DNA of 64,000 nucleotides, from positions 806,001 to 870,000 of the forward strand of contig OZ116711.1 in assembly GCA_964199315.1 (NCBI GenBank), read 5' to 3'. This document shows positions 39,975-50,350 of this stretch, piece by piece. The notes beneath the pieces are model-generated. The model ran no database searches, had not been told where the DNA came from, and saw only the letters and a list, made by a program, of their open reading frames with translations. The translations under genes were made by a program, and so were the position numbers. The stretch's first letter is position 1. The number at the start of each line of letters is the position of its first letter. The DNA is from Orbicella franksi (taxonomy: Eukaryota).

Positions 39975-42722
39975 GTAGATTAAGTAAGTAAGTAAGTAAG
40001 GCTTTGTTTGAAAATGACAATTACTTGATAACATCTACGGTAAAGTAAGTTCCTGCGACCAAAAACGAATTAACATCACGTTTCAAAACCAACAAAGCCT
40101 AGGTGGTCTCTTACGGGAGGTGGTCGCTTACGAGAGCTTAGGCCATATTGGATCCAAATTTGCCTCATTAGCACATGGTGCTGCAGAGACCTACCCCATG
40201 CGCCAATGCCTATCTAAACCCATGTAATAACTTTTAGTAGCCACAAATAATATTTTTAAGATTTCCAAAGTATTTATTCGGGGTATCATGGTTCGCTTCT
40301 GATTAACTACCTAATAAGGCGAACAGAATAACACCTTATTATCCAATTTTTGCTCTATTATCTGTTACAAGTGGTCACTTACTGGAGGTTAAAAACAAAA
40401 GAAAATTTCGAACTTTTAGCTTTAAAAGTGGTCGCTTACGAGAGGTGGTCGCTTACAGGAGGCTCCAAGTATAGTGATTTGACTCAGAAGTTTTTGGTAT
40501 TTTGGAAAACTGGTCGCTTACGAAAGGGTCGGAGGTTCCACTGTATTTTGGATTTATTTGCCTTTTGCAAGATAGTTGTTTGTCTATCTGAATGTATTTG
40601 TTCTTATATTTTGGTGAAAAAACAATAAACCTAAAGCTCTAGTTACCTTTAGTTTACGGTGCGTTCCTGTTTACAGGTTTAAATGGGGTAGTTGTTGTTG
40701 TTCCCGTGGTGTCAGCAATTCTTATAGCTGCCCTGCTTGTAGCTGGAATCTGTTATATGAGGTAATCGCATATAATGTATGAAATCAAAAACAGAATAAA
40801 CAGTTTTAAAATTGGGATTCTTCTTATTTAAGGTTTTAAAATTGCAAGAAGATCAAACGTCATTGTTCATCATACCTTGCTATTTGTTTCCAAAAATTTG
40901 TACTGTATTTGTGAATTTGTTTGTTTCAGGAAAAGGAGGAAAAGAGTTGAAGGAACAGACGATGAAATTTATTTAAGGTGTTTTTATTACTTTGTTTTAC
41001 AAAAAAGTAAAATGGTCCTTTAAATTGTTCACAGATTTGATAGAGTAACAAAGTATGTTCTTGAGGTCGTTCAGTCGGCTTACTGCCTTGAAACAAACAA
41101 CACCACCTCTGCTGGTATATAAAGGCTTGTATTTTACTGCTTTTTAGGTTAACCAGCGAACCAGCTGGGTCAGTTGAAAATACAGATTTATGACAAGTAA
41201 GCATCAAAGGTAATCAAAACCCTCTTGCATTTTCCAGTTCTAAAAAATTATAATTATTATTAGATTTGAAGACAATTGTCGGGCTGTTAGATTGTCACTG
41301 TGTGAAATACCTGGCAGTGGGTATATATGAAATGATATCCTATACGAGAAACACATCCCAGACATAACACACTTAACACAGTAATGGCCAGTTATCGATA
41401 TCTTGAAACCAGTCACCCCTATATCATTTCAGAACCATTTCTTGTCATAACATTAAGTATCAATTCTGATCTTGAAATTATTGTAGAGATTCGAAATTTT
41501 GTCATTGCAAAACTGTTTTGGCAAATATTCAGTTAACCCTAGTGATTGTATTTTACGTATTTGTCTTATTTTCTGTTTTTGAAACTTGATACTGTCATTA
41601 TTTTTATCAACATGATCAACATGAGTGCATACTATACTTACTTTAGACTAGTGCGCTTAATTTTTCTGACCAAACCTAAACTCATAGTCAGCATTTGCTC
41701 TTTCTTTGTCTTTTTGTAGCTCCGATTGGAAAAGGAAGCCCGGAGGCCGGCTTATTGCAAGTTCGCGAGCTGATCGAAAGAAAGTTTAGATCAAATGTGG
41801 AGTTTGATTGCTTCAAATAAACGGTGCCTGCAAAAGCTCGGAAAGACAATGATTGAACAACGAAAAGCCAAACAGGAAATAAAGGGTCTCACTGACAAGA
41901 CTGACAAGGATGCAAGTTTTCAAAAAGACAAATAGATACCGTTTTAATCATGGTACTTTAAGTCGCAAAGTTTAAAAAGGCCTTCACCATGGTTTCGAGT
42001 TCAGGGCATGTACGCCCCTTATCACCCCAAGATAAGTTAACCAATAACGGACCTTTTTACTAACAATGTATGCCCTCTACAAGCGAAATACAAAGATTTC
42101 TTTAGCGGTGTGGAAACGTTGTTTTCAGTTGTACTTATTGCGCTATTTCTGTTTTACATGCCTGACAACTCAGCAAATATACCAATATAGTTCATCACAT
42201 CTGAATAGTTTACAGTTGTCTTTTTCACCTTAATGTAATTTAGATTAAAGCTGAAATAAAGTGGAACATACTTGGTTATCAATAGTTTTTTGTCCTTCGC
42301 ATATTTTCTTGCTACGTTCATTTTCGAGGGCATTCCAGAGCGAAAGTCCAATTTCTCAAGGATTGCATCCGCCATAAGAATATTTGATTTCACCTTTGAA
42401 GCGCCCAAGAGAGTCTATTTTCCGTAGGTTAATTGGCAAACTGTTCCATTGTGATACCCCACTATACATGTAAGTAAGACTTTCTTAGTGGCTTGGACAC
42501 TTGTTGAAGTTTTGTTTTGTCCACGAGATATCCATTGGAAGAGTTTTTCATATCGTGGTGCTAGACTATGAAATTCTCTTCCAAATTCGATGAAAGCAGA
42601 ACTGTCTCTTAGGTCATTTCGTTAATCTCTTTGCACACTCACTCTCCACAATAGCAATTAACACTAGTAATTTTCAATCATGAAATTTTGTAATTGTATT
42701 GTTTTTAGTAATTTCTTGGCAC

Positions 42723-42791
42723 CAACCTCGTTCCCAGGGTCTTTTCCCTGGCTTGGGGGTGGGGCGGGAAAAGACCCTGGGATCGGCCGGT
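42723..42791 (+). repeat. Left TIR of AcademH with an internal 16-bp hairpin
   Basis: CCCAGGGTCTTTTCCC-17 nt-GGGAAAAGACCCTGGG. Confidence 0.95.
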
Positions 42792-42882
42792 GAATCCTTC
42801 ATATTGATTGGTTGATTGTTTTAAATAATTAATGCAAAATTTGGCCAAATAAAGATAATTTATGCATTATGCCGAAATAAAA

Positions 42883-45800
42883 ATGGCGGAAAGTATGTCC
42901 ACTCCGACGAAGATTTCTCCTCGCAATCCAGTTTGCAGACTCTGTGGTGATTCTCACGAGAGTCGCTATATGCTTCGAATATTCAGCAAAGCTGGTTCAT
43001 CAAAAGATCTGTGCGCTAAAGTCCATAAAACGTGTGGCATAAAAATTTCGGAAGACGATATGAGGTCAAAGGTTTTATGTAGGGGTTGTGTTTCATTCGT
43101 GAACAAGATGGAACAGTTTATTCAGAGAGCCCAATCCATAGAGAATACACCGTTGGACCAAAGCTCAGAATATGCTGTAAAGCGATGCGTTCAGCTCTCA
43201 CCTTCTTCGCTTCAGCCGTCGAAGCGTTTATCATCGAATATGCCATCCGAAAGCTCTGTGCACGTGGATGAGCCGTCGAAGCCAATCACACCAACAAGAA
43301 AGCAGCTCTCCTTCTCAACTCCACAAGCTGCGACAATTTTAATGCCTAAATCAACCGGAGATAACTACTCAGCCTCTTCTACGGATCAGCCGAGAAGAAA
43401 TACTTCGACGTCTGCAGAACAGTCGTCTTTCTCAACACCGCAAGATGCTACCGGCGTGACCGCGGTGCTAATGTCTAAATCAAAAGGACATGATTGCACA
43501 ATCACTTCCTTGGATCAGCTGTCGAGGCGAACGACATTAAGTTCGGTAGAGCAGCCTTCATTTCCAACTCAGCAAGCTGCAACTGTTCTAAGGCCTAAAT
43601 CAACAGGAGACAATGACTGTACATCATTATTTGAAGGGCAGTCGTTATTGACTGAAAGACAGCAGAAAATGATTGTACAAGCTGTCAGCCACAAGGATGC
43701 AATTGTATTGGCGGCTATCTTGAAAGATCACTGTCCAAGTGTTGTCAGAGAGTTGAAGAGAACCGTTAGTGAGGAGTTGAAAACATCGTGTGCAGAGCTG
43801 TGCAAGCGTTCTCAAGGTTCCATTTTATATGGAAATGATTATGACAGCATGAAAGACTTTGATTTCAGCAAAGTTTGGCTTGAATTGAAGACGAACCTCC
43901 CTTTCTTTGTTGAGCTCATGAACGCAGTGTCTGGCAAGGAGAACTCCGTCGCAGAAACAAAGCTTGAACTTCAAGTAAAGTACAGTTTTTTGTACTCAAT
44001 CCTTATGAACGAGAGGTGGCATGAACTCAACCTGGTGAAACGTGTGAATACAGTTCTCATCATTGAAGGTGGATGTACCAAAAAGGTCAGTAATATAATT
44101 TATAAGTTGATGATGTATAAAAAATTCATTGCTTTCCTTTATTATGTCCCTTACTCCCACTGCGTGAGTGGCATCAATTCATACATTGAATACAATCTAT
44201 GGTTGATCCTCTTTTCATACAAAGCTTGACAGAACTTTTGTTATTGTTTGGTAGTTTGGTGTCAAAAGTGAGTGATCAGTTAGGCTGTGATTGAGATTGT
44301 ATTTGAAGAATTCATTAAAAAGCATGTAATGTATAGGATATTTACACAGCGGCGTGAAGATATGAATTTTATTTTTTGGTGGTAAAGCAAGATTCTACAA
44401 ACGAGTGCAGCGAGTGAGAAAAATATTGTTTTGACACACCATGTAATCAGTTGTCTTTTCATGTATAGACAACTAACTGTTTGCAAGCACAACCATGAAA
44501 GTCATAAATATCCTCACTAGCGGGGATATGGCCAATATGCCACTTGGGTCCTGGATTTAGTTTCCTATGGATTTTATGTGTATTACATTTCCAGTAGAAC
44601 ACTCATGTCCATATAATAATAAGTGATCTTTGCAATGAATTGAAAATAAGAGATCAGTATTGCATGTATGCTGAATTTGACACTTTTATTTCTGCTCCCC
44701 TTGTAATAGCTTCAAGAACGACTGAATAAACTTGGCGTGTGCCTGTCGACTGGGAGAAGGGATACCCTGCTAAAGCTCTTAGGAGGTCACTTTTCAGATA
44801 TAGTGGTGCAGCAAGTAAAGAAAGGAAGTGTGTTCCGAGGCACTGGTGACAACTGGGACCTGAAAATTTTGAAGGGTCACATGAGAAAGGAAATCCAGAA
44901 TGATGATCTGCACTTGTTTGCCAGTAACCTGATTGAAAACAGAATCGACTTCAATCACTTGCCCAATGACAGCCCCAAAGGCAACATTAGAGATTTCCCT
45001 CGACATAATTTTTCTTTAAATGTACCGGAATGGAAAAGGTATGTAGAATGTGCCAAAATCATTGTTGGGCGAATTGTTCTTGAGTTCTTTCCCAAATTTA
45101 AGTTCTTGAAAGCTGTTATCCCTGAGCACATTTCTCATGAGTACAGCCAACAAATGTCAGAGAAGTCCATCATAGTAAGCCTGCCAATCATCAATGCAAA
45201 TGAAGCAAAGTATGATGATTGTGTTAACATTTTAAGAACCTATGAAAAGTGGATTGCTGAAATCTATGTTCAAGCAGGGCTGCTAGATGAAATGCCACAC
45301 ACAGATAATCCACCAATTCCTGAAGGACCTGCAGCACCTGGACAGACAAATGCACACCAACAAGACACCCATGATGACCCAATGAGAGATATGAAGATTG
45401 CATTTGCAGGTGATCAGCTAACTCGTGTGAGATTTGCAGGTGCCAAAGATTTGCTGTCTGGTTCGCACACAGCAGCTGATCGTTTTGAACATTGCTCGCC
45501 CTTTAAACCAGTGATGTGGCATACCAAAGCATCCCTTTTACAGTATTCATACTCATTTCTTCACAAAGCAGAGTCTGTCAATCAAGTTGGCACCTTAAAG
45601 TACTTCAGGGAGAAATACAATAGGAGGAATGCTACCCCTTCCAAAGTTCTTGACTCCTATGAAGGAAGCGAAGAGTTGTTCCTCAGTGTGGGGAAAGCCT
45701 ACATAGTAACTGCTGCCCTGAACTTTTTTGGGATGTCAGACCTTGAGGAGAGGCCCTCATTACATAAATTCCCAGAAAACATTGCGCGTGAGACCTTAGA

Positions 45801-46533
45801 AAACAAGAAGAAATACTTTGATGATGCTTTTGGCAAGTTCATTGACAAGTTCCTTTTACAGAAAGTAGATGTCAATGACTGCTGCAATGATGATGACTAT
45901 GTCAAGAATTATGCCCTTTGTTTTATTTTCTTGGCTATTCTTGTCATGCAAATGAAGGACACTGCAGCAGAGGGAGATGGCAGCAGAAATCTCATCAACC
46001 AAAAACTCTTGCTGTCAGTTTTCAAGTCAGTGGGGGCTTACAGCAAATATGCCATTGAAATGTTTGTGAGTATAGCCCAAATTGAGTGCCTATTAACTCC
46101 ACGCCTGGCTGAACAGTTCAAATGGGGATTTTTTGTAAATTGGAGGGGTGGTGCTGGAAGGAATATTGAAGACGACCTGGCCCAAGAAATTTCCAACCGT
46201 TGCAGTAAAAGCATTGTCCAGAGGCAGGGACCAAACAAAACCCTGAACTCTATAAGCAAGGTCTGCAAAGCAACCACTGGCATCCATCAGATTGTAGAAG
46301 AATTTGACTCTTCTGTAGGGATCCACAAGACATCTGTGCAACATACAACACGTGACTCACTTAAAGATGAGAAAGAAATGGTGTCTGACCTATTGCGATT
46401 GAATCCTTTCAATCATATGCCAGCAAGATTTCATGACAGCTTCCCTGACATTAAAAGGTCTCCTCTAAGGTATTTAAACATTGTGGACTATCATCAGTGG
46501 CTAGCCAAACACTTGGAAGAGTTATCAACTTAG
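42883..46533 (+). CDS. Academ-type DDE transposase (DUF6589-like) with an N-terminal C4 zinc finger (zf-AD-like); 2 exons, ~1008 aa
   Basis: Join 42883-44085 and 44710-46533 (AAG|GTCAGT, TAATAG|CTT; phase 0) reads ...GGCTKK-LQERLNKLGVCLS.... Motifs GDNWD, AGDQLT, PVMWH, DDLAQEISN; CRLC...CRGC at the N-terminus. An alternative ATG is at 42862. Confidence 0.85.
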
Positions 46534-46602
46534 ACATACACTTAGATGAAGATCACTGAGGGCCCAGTTAATCAATAGCATTCTTTAGGAGAGTAAATCA
46601 AT

Positions 46603-47940
46603 GTTCACAGTATTTACAATTTATGATGATGTTCTAATCATCATCAGAGATCATCAGTTCTACATATAGTATTGTGCTCAGATATGAGTGAAAAGAACAA
46701 AATTAATGTTAAAAGAAAAAAGATCAATGTCACGGTAACAACATAATTAATTAAATATCAATAGTGTATTTTAATAGAGTAAATCAAAGTTCACAGTATT
46801 TACAATTTATGGTGATGTTCTGATCATCATCAGAGTTCATTTCAGTTTTACATCTGGTATTGTGCTGAGATAATCATATATGCATGATAAGAACAAATGT
46901 AGACAAACTGATCAGTGTCATGGTAACAACAGAAATAATTAAATATCAATAGTGTATTTTAAGAGTAAATCAAGAAATATCTACAGGTCACAGTATTTAC
47001 AATTTATGATGTTCTGATCATCTTCAGAGTGCATTTCAATTCTACACAGTATTGTGCTCAGATATATGTGTGATAAGTGAAATGTAGACAAGCTGATCAG
47101 TGTCATGGCAACAACACAGAAATAATTAAATATCAATAGTGTATTTTAAGACAGTAAATCCAGATATATCTATAGCAGTTCACAGTATTTACAATTTATG
47201 ATGATGTTCTGATCATCATCAGAGTCTATTTCAGTTCTACACATAGTACTGTGCTCAGATATAAGCGAAAAGAACAAATGTAGACAAACTAATCAGTGCC
47301 ATGGCAACAACACGGAAATAATTAAATATCAATAGTGTGTTTTACGACAGTAAATCCAGATATATCTACAGCAGTTCACAGTATTTACAATTTATGATGA
47401 TGTTCTGATCATCATCAGAGTCCATTTCAGTTCTACACATAGTACTGTGCTCAGATATAAGCGAAAAGAACAAATGTAGACAAACTGATCAGTGCCATGG
47501 CAACAACACGGAAATAATTAAATATCAATAGTGTGTTTTACGACAGTAAATCCAGATATATCTACAGCAGTTCACAGTATTTACAATTTATGATGATGTT
47601 CTGATCATCATCAGAGTCCATTTCAGTTCTACACATAGTACTGTGCTCAGATATAAGCGAAAAGAACAAATGTAGACAAACTGATCAGTGTCATGGCAAC
47701 AACACGGAAATAACTAAATATCAATAGTGTGTTTTAAGAGAATAAATCAAGATATATCTATAGTAGTTGACAAAATTTACAAGTTATGTTGATGTTCTAA
47801 TCTTCGGAGTTCATTTTAGTTTGACATGTCAACAGGAGTATGCTCAGATATAGGCGAACAGAACATTTTAAGTTGATGCTCTAATCATCATCGGAGTCCA
47901 TTTCAGTTGTACACATAACAGTGTGTGCAGATATAAGTGA
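46603..47940. repeat. ~196-bp tandem array (7 units plus the source copy) between the convergent transposon genes
   Basis: gttcacagtatttacaa-type anchor at 46603, 46789, 46987, 47178, 47374, 47570 and 47766; the best-matched units are exactly 196 bp apart. Confidence 0.92.
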
Positions 47941-49966
47941 AAAGATCTGAGAAGAACAGGTTTCATCCCATATGCCAAATGATTTCAACAAGTCTGCTTC
48001 TGACTCAATAAATTCCACTCCCTCCACAACCTTTGCAGCCAGATTCTTATCTACAGAAATGTCAAATAGCCTTGAACACTCTGATGTCACTTTGGACTCG
48101 TGGTCAGAAATTGCACTCTTGATTAACCTTTCAAGGATAACGCGGTTATCGTTAGATAGAAATCTGACCTTGCTTCTAATAGCTTGGGGTAGATCCTCTT
48201 CAGTTGTTTTGAACTTGTCATCGCATATGCAGCAACAGTTCTCTTGTTGAACACTGGAGAATCCAAAGTAATCCAGAAGGAGTTTCCGTTGACAGGTGTC
48301 TTCTGATCTACAATATGACTTCATTGATTCTTCCACATGTTTTTTATTATTTCCAATATCAGAGTTATTGTAATAAAGTGTAGCACATGATGAAAGTCCC
48401 GTACGGCCAGCACGACCAATTTCTTGCATGTAAGCTTCTAGGCTACTTGGTGGTGTTATGTGAATGATGTTGGTCACATAAGGAGCATCAACACCCATGC
48501 CAAGTGCTGATGTTGCAAATAGCACCCTCACCCTTGATTGTTCTTTCTTTATTTCTGATATTATGTCTTTCTTCATGCGACTCGTTTGGGGGGCATGGAA
48601 CTGTGCAAACAGTCTTGCAGTGGGTTCTAATGTTTCACCAACACACTGTTTGGCTTTCAATATTCTTTCAAATAAGCCATAAGCATATCCGCAGTATTTC
48701 AGTTTTAGGTAAATGATTGTCATTGGGTAGTTTTCTCTTTGAATTGCCAGTTCATTGGCTATGGGTTTAAGGATTCTGTCATAACCTTCATTCCCATGAT
48801 GATTACTCAGACGCACTTTCTTGTCCAGGTATATGTTCACTCGGTTAGGGTTTCGTGCAACAATTTTACAGTCATTTTTCAATCGCAGACTTTGTTTCAA
48901 GTCTCTCAGTAAACGAGGTGGTGCTGTTGCTGTCAGAGCCATTGTAGGTACATTGGGAAAGAATGCCTTCAACACTGACAGGTCTTTGAAGTCTTTTCTA
49001 AAATCTTCACCCCTGAAAAGGAAAAAGAAACCCTGAGCTACAAATCTTCAAACATAAGTGCAATGAGGCATACTAACAAAATTTTTGTTTAAAAGTAAGA
49101 ATGTTTACTTAGTAGTATCTTGTTATTATGGTTCAGTTGTAAGAGCATGGCATGGAGACAGTGTATGATGTTCCAATAAGCAGTGTAAAAATCATAGAAT
49201 TCACTGATGAATTATCAATATAGTTCATAGAGTAAAATTGTCATCGTTTGTAAACAGATAGAGAATAGAGCATATTTTTTCCGAATTGTAGTCGCAATGT
49301 AAATACTTGTCGGTGCTGTAACCGTGATTTAGATTTCCCGGAAATAAGCTAAGTCTGTAACAAACATGACATGAATAGACAAGGAATGAATATTTTACGC
49401 ACTTACCATAATTCAACACAGTGAGCTTCGTCAACAATGCAGGCAACAACATTCTCCTGGAAGACTTTGCTTCCCATTAGCTCTCGACCTTCCTTACTTA
49501 ATAGAGCCTCTGGATGGGCGAATACAATTGAAGTGTTGCCATTAACAACATCTCGAGGAAACTTCGTTGAATTCGGGACCACGTGCTCGCTTGGTTCTTG
49601 TTCATTTCCGAACAAATTCTCGGCCGGTTCCTTCTCGTTTACAGCAAGCTGTAAGACATCAGCGGTTATCCTGCGAGCTTTTAAGACTTTCAGCTGATCT
49701 TCAATGATGGAATTTAATGGACATACCACAATAACTATGTTCTTGGTGGTCTTCACAGGAATAGAATGAGGTAGAAGGTGAAAGAGCATTGACTTGCCAA
49801 ATCCAGTAGGTAGGACTCCAATAACATCCTGACCTTTCAGCATATATTCAAAACACTTCATTTGAAGAGGTTTTAAATTTAAAGGTGGAAAATTACCGTT
49901 ATTTAAGGAAAATCCGACTCGACGAAGCACTGACAAAAACTTTGGTTCACTCGACGAGACCGCCAT
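47881..49966 (-). CDS. Transposon-encoded RecQ-like SF2 helicase; 2 exons, 563 aa
   Basis: complement(49407-49966, 47881-49012) gives LPTGFGKS, VVCPLNSIIEDQ, DEAHCVELW-GEDFR across the intron, ALTATA, ATSALGMGVD, QEIGRAGR and a Zn cluster C..TCQRK..LDYFG..CCCIC. Total 1692 nt, open. Confidence 0.92.
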
Positions 49967-50035
49967 CTTGAAAGTTCCGTTTAACATATGATAATTTAGT
50001 ACACCCAAGATATTTGGGTGTTCTGAGATCATGTG

Positions 50036-50104
50036 ACCAGCCGATCCCAGGGCCTTTTCCCGCCCCACCCCCAAGCCAGGGAAAAGACCCTGGGAACGAG
50101 GTTG
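50036..50104 (-). repeat. Right TIR of AcademH
   Basis: Reverse complement of the left TIR with 2 mismatches. Confidence 0.95.
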
Positions 50105-50350
50105 TCTTGGCACGGCTCTCTTGGAAACCAATTCTTTGTAACTGAAGAGATACCGTGTTGAAATAAATAGTCTGTCTGTCTGTCTGTCTGACTGGACCCT
50201 TTGTTTGTAATGTATAATATATTAATTTATGCATGATCTGTGTAACGGACGTTTCAGATTTCTGAGAAACCGAAAGGTCATTATGGAACTCTTTGCGTTC
50301 GCTATTCATCTTAGCTGAACATTGGCATATTGTTTATCGAACCAGACAGG

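Larger units (their letters stand above)
31741..41193 (+). pseudogene. Gene A: signal-ApeC-CUB-mucin-CUB-TM-tail receptor with a nonsense codon in the signal exon (null allele or recent pseudogene)
   Basis: Exons 31741-31810 (TAG at 31762-31764 where B has TGG), 34126-34392, 34798-35172, 35935-36285, 36629-37162, 37752-38102, 40677-40761, 40930-40977, 41148-41193. All other exons are open and phase-compatible. ApeC identified by WPAGTYGIPKP..GCP, RSFC, KYCIY, FCC, CYY (8 Cys). Confidence 0.75.
42723..50104. mobile_element. Autonomous AcademH-type DNA transposon, 7382 bp
   Basis: 69-bp TIRs (42723-42791, 50036-50104; 2 mismatches; CAACCTCG...CGAGGTTG). Perfect 9-bp TSD TCTTGGCAC (42714-42722, 50105-50113). 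Convergent transposase and RecQ-like helicase. A transposase plus SF2 helicase with 9-10 bp TSDs is the known AcademH signature. Confidence 0.88.
42540..50190 (+). mobile_element. 5'-truncated CR1/L2-clade LINE 3' remnant (42540-42722 plus 50114-50190), split by AcademH
   Basis: KSFSYRGARL*NSLPNSMKAELSLRSF is a typical ORF2 C-terminus. AATAAA then a (TCTG)5 tail at 50171-50190. Near-TSD attgga (42534-42539) / actgga (50191-50196). Confidence 0.7.

Noticed and set aside
46603-47940. CRISPR array or coding tandem repeat next to a helicase
   Set aside because: The units are contiguous 196-bp copies without spacers and are not in frame; the helicase is RecQ-like, not Cas3 or DinG.
47881-49966. 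Host RecQ/BLM/WRN ortholog or horizontally acquired bacterial recQ
   Set aside because: It lies within TIRs and a TSD, has a spliceosomal intron and lacks the winged-helix/HRDC region, so no gene symbol is given.
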